A DNA stretch of 63,611 bases, counting the filler, from Welwitschia mirabilis (taxonomy: Eukaryota), in the NCBI GenBank assembly GCA_051453625.1. It is 6 parts of one record of this genome, joined end to end, with 100 filler letters (N's around TTAATTAATTAA, not from the genome) between each part and the next. Parts side by side here need not be neighbours in the genome. Positions count along the whole stretch, not along the records: positions 1 to 24,461 come from JBOZIK010000001.1; 5 more parts are not named here. The stretch is one strand, 5' to 3'. The notes beneath the pieces were generated by a model, which saw only the letters and a program-made list of their open reading frames with translations, had not been told where the DNA came from and made no database searches. The position numbers and the translations under genes are program-made. Of the stretch, positions 12,401 through 24,561 are shown piece after piece. The stretch's first letter is position 1. Every line of letters begins with the position of its first letter.

Positions 12401-14183
12401 GACAAGACCATTCCACATTATGACGGATGCATTGAAGCACTCTATGGGAGCAGTTTTAGGACAAAAAGATGATGACAACAAACCTTATGACATTGCATAT
12501 ATAATTAAGAATTTCAGGCTAGCTCAAAAAAATTATACAAAAATAAAGAATTACTTTCGAGTAGTAGTGATAGCATTAGAAAAATTTATACATTATATAT
12601 TGGATTATGAAGTGAAAGTTTACATTGACCATAGTAACACTAGATTTTTAATAAATAAAAAAGAAGCAAACTCGAGAATTATGAGATGGATATTATTAAT
12701 GAAAGAGTTTGATTTAAAAATAATTAATAGAGAAGGAACAGAGAATGTGATAGCAGATCACCTATCAAGGTTTGAGTTTCTAGATGAAGAGCAGAGTAAA
12801 ATTAGAGATCAATTTCCAAATGAAGTAGATTAATGTTAGAGATGAATTTTCAAATGAGCATTCTTTTCAAGTATCCACAAATCCATGGTATTCTAACATT
12901 ACTAACTTTATTATAAGTAAAAGATTACCTCTTTTAAGACTTATTATTAGAGAAAAATATTATTGAGGGAATTTAGAGATTATATTTGTCATGATAAAAT
13001 GTTATTCAGAGAATGCAAGGATCTTGTCATCAGAAGATGTATAGATAAGAAATTACAGAAGGAAATTTTAAAAAAGTCTTATGAAGGAGAATAAGAAGAA
13101 CATTACAGTACAAGGAGAACAAGAGTAAAAATTCTCCATATAGGATATCATTGGCCTACCATTTTCAAAGATGCAAATAAGTATGTCCAAACTTATGATA
13201 AATGTCAGAGAGAAGGCACATTTAAGTAAAAGTTAGAAATTCCACAATAATGAATTGTTTGATGTTTGGGAAATAGATTTAGTTAGACATATTAATCCCT
13301 CATCCTTTAGGAAAAAGTACATTCTTAGCTATGTTGATTACTTCACTAAGTGGACTGAGGCTGAGGCTATAACTAATTGTTCTTCTTAAACTATAGTTAA
13401 CTTTTTCCTTAAGAATATCATGTAATGTTTTGAATCCCCCTAAAGTCTTATATCTAATAGAAAAACCCACTTTACTAGTGAAATTTTTGAGAAACTTTTA
13501 ACCGAATTCAAAATTCATCATAAACTCTCTATTGCCTATCACCCCAATCTAATGACCAAGAAAAAGTAACCAATAGAGAGCTTAATAGAATATTAAGAAA
13601 GGTTATAAATAATAAGAAAATCAATTGGGCTAATAAACTAAATGAAGCTCTATGGGCTTATAGAATAACATGGAAATACACTATAGGATTTACTCCCTAT
13701 GAGTTAGTATATGGAAAAAAAGGCTACTTTGCTAATTAAATTTGAAATAAAAACATTTAAATTAGCTAAAGAATTAAAATGTAATTTAGACATAGCTCAA
13801 AAAGAATGGATAGAGAACATGAAGTTTTTAGATGAAAATGGGAAAGAAGATATTCTGCATAAAGAACTTATACAATAAAAAAACTAAAATATATTATGAT
13901 AACAAAATTTAAAAAATAAATTTTAATATAGAAGACTTGATATTAATTTATGATCTTAAGAGAATCCATTGTAAACAAAAATATGAACAAAATTGGCTCA
14001 AACCCTATACAATAAACAAATATCCTAGGAAATGGAGCCATAAAAATATATAATCTTGATAAAAAATAACCTACCAGGTTAATGAAAAAAGAGTAAGAAT
14101 GTACTATGATCATGAATCCATATTAAATTACTTAGGAAACCCTTATATGGGGGAAAGAATACTTTCACTCTACCTTTAAATAA
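9460..14183 (+). pseudogene. gag-pol pseudogene of element B
   Basis: RT PISNSEWVS..VIPKKGNK..CIDLR and VFMDDF (~11990); RNase H ORF 12384-12833 (RPFHIMTDA..MGAVLGQKD..RIMRWILLMKEFDLKI); integrase DVWEID..VDYFTKWTEAEA, LNEALWAYR. Confidence 0.9.
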
Positions 14184-14779
14184 GCTCTAAAATTAGATAA
14201 TAAAAAGACATGTCATTTCTTTTTTCATTTCTTTAATGTTTATTTGGTTTATTAGTTTACTAAATTGTTAATGTAAATTAAGTGATTATGAAATTACAAG
14301 TTTACTTAATAAGTCTTCAATAGGAAATTATGCATCATCTTCATTATGGAGAATGAGGTAATACATTCCATTATAGAAGTACCTTCTGAGTATTTGTTTG
14401 AATGGGGAAAATAATCGTATAGGTCCTTACTCCTTTGATAGTGGTTGCACTCTTCTCATTATGGTCAATTTAAGTTGTGAAAGATAAAAGGTGGAGGAAT
14501 AGTTATGTTCTAGAAGTCATCTAAGACATAGATAGTTACTAAAGATAGAATCTCATCACAACTGAATAATTATTAAATTCTATTTAATCTAAAAAACTTT
14601 AAAATTTTAGAATTAATTTATATGAGCTTAACAATTTACTAAATTATTTAGCTTAAATTTCATTTGGTAGAATATATGTTCTTATGATAAATAAAATAGT
14701 AAAAAAATAAGTTTTAAAAAAAAAATCTTAAACTTTATTAAATAAAGTAATTTATTAAATTCTCTTACAAAAAAGGGAA

Positions 14780-15495
14780 AAAAGGCAAAAACACTCTTCA
14801 AGAAATAGGCTTCTTCAAATAACTTAATTTTTGAAACAACCAAAGAACTTATTCTTCTAGTGGAAATACCTAGTCATTGATGATAACCCTACAAATTTCT
14901 CACCTAGAGATAGAAAATGCATCTCACCTAGTAATTGAGTCAACATGTTTATTTTCTCTAGGTGGGATAGCTAGAAGTTTCGTTAAGGCTTAAAATTCCA
15001 TAGTATTCTCTCTACATTCTCCTTATTGAAGCTAAGTGTAATAAGACTTAAGATAGGGTTGATGTCTTGAAGCTGGTTAACTTTCTTTTCTAATACTTTC
15101 ATCTCTATAACTAGCTAACCTAGAGATATATTACAAGTTCACTTATCATAACTAAGCTATTGATGTAAGTCCTCAGTCCTTAGCCTTAGATACTCACCTA
15201 CTAGATGATCAACTAATGGACTAAAGCTCATAGAGATAAATTTAACCCCAAAACAGTCTATACCAGCTTCAATGATGATGGAATCTAAAGCATTTAAGAC
15301 CTTAGTAGTCAAACTATAATCATAGTATGTAAATTATTAGACTATATTTTCAGATATAATGGAAACCTGAGGAGATTAAGGATCTACAGTGCTTATGCAC
15401 ATATCTATCTACATAGTATCCAAGTTAAAAAAGCATCACTTCATCTTTTTAATAATAGAAGTAATAGTAGGAGAAGAGGGAGAAGTATAAACCAT
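14780..15495 (-). pseudogene. Degenerate antisense accessory ORF of element B (~235 codons, unknown function)
   Basis: A single frame from ATG at 15495 (MVYTSPSSP..KVLNALDSIIIEAG..EYLRLRTEDLHQ..MKVLEKKVNQLQDINPILSLITLSFNKENVERIL..SHLEKIN..) with scattered point stops. Homologous at the amino-acid level to 21960-22500. Confidence 0.65.
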
Positions 15496-16079
15496 GAAAA
15501 TTAAGGTAATAAAGGAGATGAAAAGGGGAAAAAGATTCAGTAAAGAGAATTCCTAAGCTCAGACAAAAAGTAATTAATGATCAAGTAAGGAAGGAATATA
15601 ATTTATATCCCAAACTTCATCCTCTTATCTAATAAGTGTAATTCATGTAATTTATCAAGTGTACATGTGTTTAATTTTAAGTAAATAATTGAATAAATGA
15701 TATACCTATTTTTTTAACAGCTAAAGTGTACCAAGTATCAGCATCTATCTTCAAGTAGGTTTGGAATCAAGGGATTTCAAGTTATTTAGTATTCAATGTA
15801 AAATCAGAACTTTAGATTGATTTATGATCAATTTGGATTTCCCAAGCTTCATGCCACTATAGGAATCCACCAAATATTCCTTTTGAAAAGTACATCATCA
15901 ACATTTGTTGTGAATCCTACAGATGTCTTGTAATTAAAAGAAAATTGTTTAGCCATATTTAAAACTAGAAATGATTTTCTTTTGCCTTATTTTAGAAGGA
16001 TAAAATAAGAATTACCAATGTTTTTCTCTAGTATGATGCCTTCACAAAAATTAAATTTTGAGATCAAAAAGAGATTTCT

Positions 16080-16480
16080 TGGCTGACTAATATGAACCTA
16101 AATATAAAAATTTAGGTAAGATTTCAAGCTAATTTTTTAAAACTTAAATTTTTTCCTGGGTTGTTACTAACCCAAAGTTGGAACTTTGAATTACATTTCA
16201 TATTAAAAATCATTTATCTTTCTTCAGAACCTACATTTAAATAATTATATCATGATTGACTGACACTAACTCAAAGTTGAAACTTCAAGTTGGATTTCAA
16301 GCCAATCCTAGTATTTCTTTTCATGTGATCAAAAACATAGAAGCACTTGATAGACTGACATTGACTTAAAGTTCAGACTTCAAATTATATTTTAATCCTA
16401 ACCCTCGGCTAGCAAGACCTAGTAGTTGATTGACACCAGTCTAAAGCTAAAGCTTTAGACTGGATTTGAAGCCAACTTAA
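16080..16480 (+). repeat. Five dispersed ~50-bp repeats in the accessory region of B
   Basis: Motif like gactgacactaactcaaagttgaaacttcaagttggatttcaagccaa at ~16082, 16160, 16257, 16352 and 16426. Confidence 0.65.
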
Positions 16481-17984
16481 TTCATAAACTTGCTTTTATA
16501 GAGAAGGATCTCATTCTTGATGACCCCACTCAACTTCTCTGTATAACTTTCACGTAATAACTTTTTTTTTTATTTACATGTATGTTCTTAATAATAATAT
16601 TAAAAATTTAAAGGACCTCATTAAGAACTCAAGATTTTTTAATAACCTCTTTAAAACTCTTTAGATCTCTTTAGCAATGAATTTGAGGATCCCCATGGAA
16701 AACTCTTGAGTTCTCAATAACCCTTGTCGAATCTAATGCTGTGAAGAGTAATTACAACTTAAATATGACTATGTATTTTTTATTCACCATACTTAAAGTC
16801 AATATTAGTGATTTACTCTATTATTAATGACCCTTCTTACACTATCAAATCCACATCATGTTTAGTTCAAGTCATGTCAATTACAATAGTGCTGACATCA
16901 CTAGCTCTGGCTTAGCGAAATTCTAGACTTACATCATCTAAACAAGTAATTCGATTTCATCCAGTATTAGTAGAGTATGAAAAATCTTTAGTCCATTCTA
17001 CTTTAGATTTAGTCTAGATCATAATCACTCTTCAATCACATAGAATTAATGCAATTCAAGTATGAATTTATGTCTATATTAAGTAAGTTTAAGATCTGAA
17101 ATTCTTTCTTTCCTAATCCTCTTGTATTATCATGCCTAATTGTGTCTTCTCATACTTTTTAATACATGATAAGATAACTTTACAAAAATGTTAAAAATAA
17201 ACTTCAACTTCTAATATCAGAGGTACAAGAAAGAAGACAAGAGTAACCTTAAGAGGGAAACCAAATTAAGCTACTAAGAGGAAGGTCAGCCATCACAAGG
17301 GAATCAATGGTCTTTGTCAAGATCCTCCATGATCCTTATCCAATCCTCCTTATGACGAAAGTGATTATTACTATTATAGAACTCTAAAAATCCTTTAAAG
17401 AAAATGTTCTCCACTAAGTGTTGAGCAGAAAGACTATTTGAAAAGGCTAAATATAATATCAAGGGAAATGAATGTCTATTCTGAATAATTGCAAATGACA
17501 CTTTCTGAGGAGAAAATTAATAAAGAAAGGAATGGAGTAAGTGATAAATGGATAATTTTTTTCAGAAAGATCAAAGATTTCAAGAATCAAAGAGATAAAA
17601 GCAACTGAAGTAAGCAGGTTAGATTTTCAGAAGGACTCTACTCAATAAAAGATTCTTTTACAAAATCTCATGAGTTGTGTGCAAGAAATTCACGGTCTAT
17701 GAAATATGAAGTAATCTTTGTAAGTCGAGAATACCATGATCATATTTATATAACTATTAAAATTAAGAGTGTTAATTTTGAATATGAGAAGCAAGCACAG
17801 TGAGGAAGTACTAAAATTATAACATAAGAATTTGTAGCTTTTGTTTTTTTAAGTTTCTTATACAATGAGCGTGATTCAAGGAGATCACCCTTCTAAGGAA
17901 TTTTAACCTGAATATCCATTATCTTTATCTCTTATAAATACTTTGTTTGTTAAGGAACTAAAAAAAACTTAAACTTGGGGGAAC

Positions 17985-18900
17985 TGATAAAACTAAATTT
18001 TATGTAATAATTTGCTTATTAATGAAATGTTTTTCCTTATATCAACTATATATTTCATTAGCAAATAGATTTTTTTAATTATCTTCATGCCTACTAAGAA
18101 ATAGGTTAGTGGTTAGTAGGTTAGAATATATATATATATATATATTTCATTATTGTATTTCAGATACAGGATGCTAAGTGATATGAAGATGAGAGAGAAG
18201 GTTGAGAAGTGGATTAGTATAAGAATCTCAATCACTTGCCTATTTATAAGGGTCAAAGAATGAAAACTAAAAAATTAACTAGGGTATAAAAATGTGATCA
18301 CTAACAAGGTGGGGTTTTTTTAGCACATAAGTCCTAGCAATAAATAAGGCAAAGAGATCGAGTAAGGGAACTCTACCTTATTTGCAAAGGTATTAATAAC
18401 ACTTTTTTGCATTTCATTATGTTACCTAAAAAAAAGAACACACTTGTTATCTTGTCTTTATATATAATTGGTATTTTAATATAAATGCTAAAAAGCATTT
18501 GAATATCATTATGTGCATCTTTTATTACTTGAAAAAGTAACATTACTTCTATTTCACTTCTGTTTGTATAGCTGAATATAAACTAGAATAAATTCAATGC
18601 TTGGAAATAAGTATTGATTGTTAGATCACTTAACTTTGGTTATGTTTTATATCTTTCTCTATTTTTCTTAATGTATTATATGTGATGGTAGTTCAGTTTT
18701 ACTAAATAACCTAACTAGTTTAAGTAACTTCATTACGAAACTATTGTGATGATGAATTTTGAAGTAGTAATCCTTTATGTATTTTTTTTATTTTAATGAT
18801 GTGTGCTTATTTTAGGTTAACAATTAGATAAATTATATACCTTTCTAGCTTATAGTTTCTAGTAATATTTTATGATATTTTATGCATTTATTTTATAACA
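17985..18900 (+). repeat. 3' LTR of element B (end uncertain)
   Basis: Starts TGATAAA right after PPT TTGGGGGAAC (17975-17984). Candidate end TTATAACA at 18900, just before RT sequence of C. Contains (TA)n at 18126-18145. Confidence 0.55.
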
Positions 18901-18916
18901 TAACCCACTCTTCATA

Positions 18917-21900
18917 TAGGAAGATTTATTGAAATATTCATAGATGATTTTTCAACTTTTGGAAATAATTTTGGTGAGTTACTTGACATATTGAAAAGAG
19001 TCTTAAAGAGATGTAAAGAAAAACATCTAAAACTTAGATGGTTGAAAAGTCATATTATGATGATAAAAGGCATAGTACTAGAACATAAAATATTTTAAAA
19101 ATCGATTAAGAAAAATGAATAAAAAATTAAAACTATAAAGGCATTTTACTCCCAACCATGATAAAGGACTTAAGATTTTTCTTATAGCATGTTAAATATT
19201 ATAGAACATTTATATCTAACTATGGTAAAATTGATAAACCTTTAAGTAATCTTTTATAGAAGGATGTAAAATATAATTAGACAAATGAATGTCAAAGTCC
19301 TTACCAAATTTTAAAAGATAAAATTTTGTCAGCACCTATTTTACAAGGGCATAATTGGATAAGACCATTTTACATTATGATGGATGCATCTAATCATGCT
19401 ATGGAAGTATTTTTAGGGCAAAAAGATGAAAATAATAAACCATATGTTATTGCTTATTTAGTAAGAAATGAAAATCAACTCAACAAAATTACATAGTAAT
19501 TGAGAAAAAGTTGTTAGTAGTAGCAGTGGTATTATAGAAGTTTAAGCATTATATTTTAAATTACAAAGTAAAAGTTCATACAAACCAAAGTGATATTAGA
19601 TTTTTAATGAACAAAAAAGAAGCTATTTCATGAATTATAAAATGGATACTATTAATGCAAGAATTTTACTTAAAAATTATTAATAGAAGAGGGATAGAAA
19701 ATGTAGTAGTAGATCACCTCTCAAAATGGAAATGTTCTAATAAAGAGAAAATAAACATAAGAGATGAATCTCCAAACGAACATCTTTTTCAAGTAAAAAC
19801 CAATCCATGTTATGCAAATATAACCAACTTTATTATGAGTAAAAAATTACCATCTTTTATGAATTATTATGAAAGAAAAAAATTATTAAAAGAATCTAAA
19901 GACTAAATATGACATGATAAGATGTTATTTAGAAGATGTAAAGATCATTTTATTAGAATATGTGTAGAAGAAAAATTACAAAAAGATATTCTAAAGGAAG
20001 CCTATAAGGAAGAAGAGGAAGAATTATGATGCAATAATAATCAGAATAAAAATTCTCCAAAGATTCAAATGCTTATGTCTAGATTTGTGATAAGTATCAA
20101 AGAGAATGAGCATTTAACTAGATATTAGAAATGCAACAACAATGGATTCAATCAATTAAATCTTTTGATATTTGGAGCATAGATTTTGTTAAACTTATCA
20201 ATCCTTCCTCTTATAAATAAAGATATATTTTAATGTATATTGATTACTTTACTAAATGGGTTGAGGCTGAGGTTGTATCTTATTTTTCTTTCAAAATCAT
20301 AGTTAATGTTTTACTTAGGAATATTATCTATTATTTTAAATCCCCTTAAAGTCTTATATCTGATAAAGGAAGTTGTTTTAGTAGTGAAGTATTCAAGAAA
20401 CTCTTCATCAAACATGAAATCCACTACAAATTTTCTATTGTCTATCATCTTTATTTAATAACTAGGCTAAAGTAACTAATAGAGAATTCAATAGAATGCT
20501 AATAAAGGTCATAAATAGTAAGAAAACAAATTAGGCTAAAAAATTAAATGAAGCTTTATGGGCTTACAGAATAACTTGAAACTATAGTATAGTGTTTACA
20601 ACATATGAATTAGTTTATGAAAAAAGAGCTATTTTGTTAATTGAACTTAGAATAAAAATGTTTAAATTCACTAAATCACTAAAGTGTAATATGGAAATAT
20701 CTCAAGTAGAATAAATATAAAATATGAATATTTTACATGAAAACAAAAAAATAAAATCTCTTTTTTATAAAGAACTTAAACAACAAAAACCTAAAATATA
20801 TCATGATAATAAAATTATAAAGACTAATTTTAATATAGAATATTTTGTATTAATATATGATCCTAAAAGATTCATTTAAAATAGAAATATGAATATAAGT
20901 AGCTAGAACCCTATAACATAATAAAAATATTGGGAAATAAAGCCATAGAGTTATATGATCTTGATGAAAAAGTAACCTACCACATTAATGAAAAGAGAAT
21001 AAGAATGTATCATGATCATAAATCTATGCTATATTATTTATGAAACCCTTATAGGATGGAAAGAATGCTTTCACTCTACTTATAAAATAAATGTTTTTAG
21101 ACTAGATAATAAGGGATATGTCATTTTGTTAAAGTTTATTTAAACTATTAATTCACTAAATTGTTTAAAGTAAATTTAATGATTGTGAAACAAGAAGCTA
21201 ACTTGTAAGTATTCAACATGAGATTGTGCATTATCCTCATTAAGAGAATTAAGAAAACACATTTCATCAGATGGTAGAATATCCTTTGATTAAGGAAAAA
21301 AGACAAAAAACCATAATATTCTACTAAAAATGTACTAGGTAAATTATTCCTAAGAGACGCCTTTGGTAGTACAATATGGCAACTATAAGAGCTTCATTAA
21401 CAGGATTAGTTAGTCATGATCTAGATAAAAAATAAAAAGAAAGGAATCTTATGATTTCTTACTCCTTTAATAATGCTTGCACTCTCTCATTGTGGTTAAG
21501 AAATTAAGTTGAAAAAAATAAAAATTTAAGAAAGAGTTATGTCCTATGAGCCATCTAAGACACAACTAGTTACCAAGATTACAACAATATATTGCAACTT
21601 ACAAAAAAAAAAAAAAGAAAGGAAAAAAAAAAAAGAATTTTATTCTAGAATGAAATGTGAATCTAAATATTTTGAATTTAGTAGGATACACAATTATTAG
21701 ATTCTATTTTAGTAAAGAGTAAACTTCCTAGTTTAAAAATCATTTCATGTTATCTTAGCAATTTGATAAATTGCTTAGTATGTATTCCTTTTAATGAAAT
21801 TGATATGGCCAGAAGAAAATAAAAGTAGTTATAAGATAACCTTATTTAAAATAAAATAACAATTAGAAACTTTATTAGATAAGGAATATATTATTTTATT

Positions 21901-22517
21901 TTATAGAAAAAGAATAAAATCATTGCTCACGCTACTGAAGCTAAAAAATAGATAACTTAGCTAAAGAAACTTAATTCTTGAAGTATCTAGAGAACTTGTT
22001 CTTTTTGTTAGAACATCTAGTTTTAGATGATAATTCTATAGAGCTTTTGACTAGGGGTAGTAAAGACATTTCACTTGGAAACTTTAATAACCTATTAATC
22101 TCTTCTAGGTGAGCTTGCCAAAAATTCTTATAAGGCTTGGCATTTTGCATTGTCTTCTCTATATTATTCCTATTAAAACTTAGTGTAGTAAGACTAAGTA
22201 TAGGATTTATGCCTTAAAGCTAATCAACTCTTTTTTCTAACACCTACATCCATCCAGCTTACTAGCCTAATGAAACATTATAAGCTAATTTTACTTGGTT
22301 AAGTTATCAATGATGTTCTTTTATCTTAACCCTTAAATACTTAGCCGAGTGATGAATTATAGGATCAAAACATAGAGGAATGATTTCATTTTTTAAATTT
22401 TCTCTATCAGCCTCAGTATCCATGATATCTACGATCTTAGCAATTGATTATAACTATAATATAATATTTTCTGCTTATCATTCTTTAACCCTAATAAAAT
22501 ATAACACAATTGGGATT
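18917..22517 (+). mobile_element. Gypsy element C (same family as B): RT C-terminal half, RNase H, integrase, conserved module, antisense ORF; truncated at both ends
   Basis: Collinear similarity to ~11970-15370 (IFIDDF, HIMMDASNHAM, ORF 19655 QEFYLKIINRRGIENVVVDHLS, LNEALWAYRIT). Confidence 0.85.
21960..22500 (-). pseudogene. Second copy of the antisense accessory ORF, 5'-truncated by an LTR insertion
   Basis: Minus strand reads ..DTEADRENLKNEIIS..CFDPIIHHSAKYLRVKIKEHH..YNVSLG..VLEKRVD*L*GINPILSLTTLSFNRNNIER..KPYKNFWQAHLEEIN. Confidence 0.6.
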
Positions 22518-23487
22518 TGTTACAGTGTGTATTTATGCAACATTTATCTTCTAAGTAGAATCCTATTAATCACAAGTAATAATGCATAATCACAACACAC
22601 TAATAGAAATGAAAGTGCTCTGAATATCATAATCCATTAAAGGCCAATGTAGGAAATAAGAGAGTTTCTTTCAAAAGTAAAACACTTATACCCTAATCTA
22701 CAAAAATAACTTACAATGCATGAAAGTAAAATAAAACACACTTGTGCAAAGCTAATCTAAGAAAAGAAAATAATAATGCACTTAACCTAAACTAACTAAA
22801 CACAAGCTTGATGAAGGTTACCCTCATAACCTATATCACTAGAGGAACTATCACTAAATATAAAGTAACATATGCTATGAGGAAGAGAAACATTTACATA
22901 TTGAAAGCATAAAAGGAAATGTTTTGTATTAATAATTGAACCACATTCATGTTATAAAGTGGTTGTACCTTAATGGTGAAAATATCATCCAACACTAAGG
23001 AAACATCTTTCTAGAACTACAGAATGAATCTCTGACCCTTTAATCTCTTATCATGAGAATTTTCGATGCAAATAAAGACAAGTAGGAGTTGAGGATGAGG
23101 TCTCTATTTATTAACTCAAATACACAACAACAAAGATAGAAAGATGTGGGTAAACCATAATGGATACACAAAGAAAAAATAGAAATACAAGTGGTAGATG
23201 TTTGGTGAATGTTCAGTATAGACGTTATAATAGTGTTGTCTAGCTAATCATCTAGATGATAGAGCAGATGATGCCACCTCATAATTAATCTACATCAGCT
23301 GCCAGATAGACTTTAGTTAGCATCTAGTTGGTATAGTCATTCATTTAGTCATCCGGATAATAAGGTGAATGATGGCCTTTAATAGTTCTTCATTTATTGC
23401 ATTAGCCTTAATATTTATAAAAAGTTATATTTAAAAATACAAAGTATTTATATTTGTTAAAAATGTTGTAAATTATCATGGAGATTG
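22518..23487 (-). repeat. Athila-like LTR (E family) inserted into element C; other end in gap
   Basis: Begins tgttacagtgtgtatttatgca and aligns along its length with 41004-42120 (e.g. caaataaagacaagtaggagttga, gatgatgccacctcataa, cattagcct). Confidence 0.8.
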
Positions 23488-23626
23488 NNNNNNNNNNNNN
23501 NNNNNNNNNNNNNNNNNNNNNNNNNNNNNNNNNNNNNNNNNNNNNNNNNNNNNNNNNNNNNNNNNNNNNNNNNNNNNNNNNNNNNNNTGGCATGTTAGAT
23601 GTTATAAAAGATTTATATCTAACAGT

Positions 23627-23689
23627 TGTGGAGCCAAATTGACCTATTTAATACACTTATGAAGTACATTTTTAGATCTTATTGATAAG
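23627..23689 (+). repeat. Start of a D-family LTR, interrupted by the Copia LTR
   Basis: aaattgacctatttaatacacttatg..ttattgat matches 38915-38970. Preceded by a scrap of B/C-type RT (GHVRCYKRFISN). Confidence 0.7.
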
Positions 23690-24505
23690 TGTTAGATTAG
23701 ATTTACTAATTGATGTCAAACTAATTTCTCTTGTATAGTGCAAAAATGTTATATCTTGTATGCAGATGAGATTGAGTTTTACAAATTAAAGAATTAGACC
23801 AAAATGCATAAAAAAAACTGCTGAGTTATGTTAACCTTCAGGGGGGGTTTACTAAATCCTAAAGGGGTTAACCACACCTGAAGTAGTCATAATAAAAATG
23901 AATTAAACCCAGAGGGGTTGACCGAATTCTGAAGGGGTTGACTAGACTTATGATCTTAACAGCTAGTATTCCTAAATCAAATGGAAAGGGGTTGACTAGA
24001 TTTTCATGGGGTTAACCAAATTTGAGGAACTAACAAGCAAATAGTCCTAGACTGAGAGGAAAGGATTTAACTAAATTTTCATGGGCTCTACTGGACTTGA
24101 GAAGCTAACAGTCCATAGTTCCAGACCAAAAGGTAAGGGGTTGACTGAACCTAGGATGGAGTCGATCTAGCTCTTATGGGGTTAACTGGATTTTTATGGG
24201 ATTGACTAGATGACATGGAAAAATAAAATTTGTAAATGTTATGTATCCATTGCCTAGTCATTACCTAGCCATTTTCTAGCCATTTATAGTCGTTGGAGAT
24301 GCAATTCATTTGTAATAAATCCTAGTAACCCTCCATTATAAATAACTATGCTATTGATGATTTAGAAATCTTTTGGCACTATTCTAATTTAGCATAATCA
24401 TTGTGGATCTGAAAGATTAAATTTTATTTTCATTGGTATATCATTGTATTTTTTCACATCTNNNNNNNNNNNNNNNNNNNNNNNNNNNNNNNNNNNNNNN
24501 NNNNN

Positions 24506-24517
24506 TTAATTAATTAA
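24506..24517. other. Artificial contig linker TTAATTAATTAA (also 33068-33079, 50855-50866, 56864-56875, 59908-59919)
   Basis: Identical 12-mer centred in 100-bp N spacers; gives stops in all six frames. Confidence 0.95.
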
Positions 24518-24561
24518 NNNNNNNNNNNNNNNNNNNNNNNNNNNNNNNNNNNNNNNNNNNN

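Larger units (their letters stand above)
9460..18900 (+). mobile_element. Non-chromovirus Ty3/Gypsy element B (5' end lost at gap), with ~3.8-kb accessory region and 3' LTR
   Basis: gag with a CEYYKKHNHDETE knuckle-like remnant, protease, RT, RNase H, integrase; PPT at 17977 followed by TGAT. Confidence 0.85.

Noticed and set aside
16080-16480. Repeat-spacer arrays (also 23835-24215, 52600-52825) as CRISPR-like
   Set aside because: Eukaryotic TE context, degenerate units, irregular spacing, no cas genes.
24506-24517. Recurrent TTAATTAATTAA palindrome as a biological repeat
   Set aside because: Always centred in 100-bp N spacers, so it is an assembly linker. Adjacency across it is unproven, although E stays collinear across 50811-50910.
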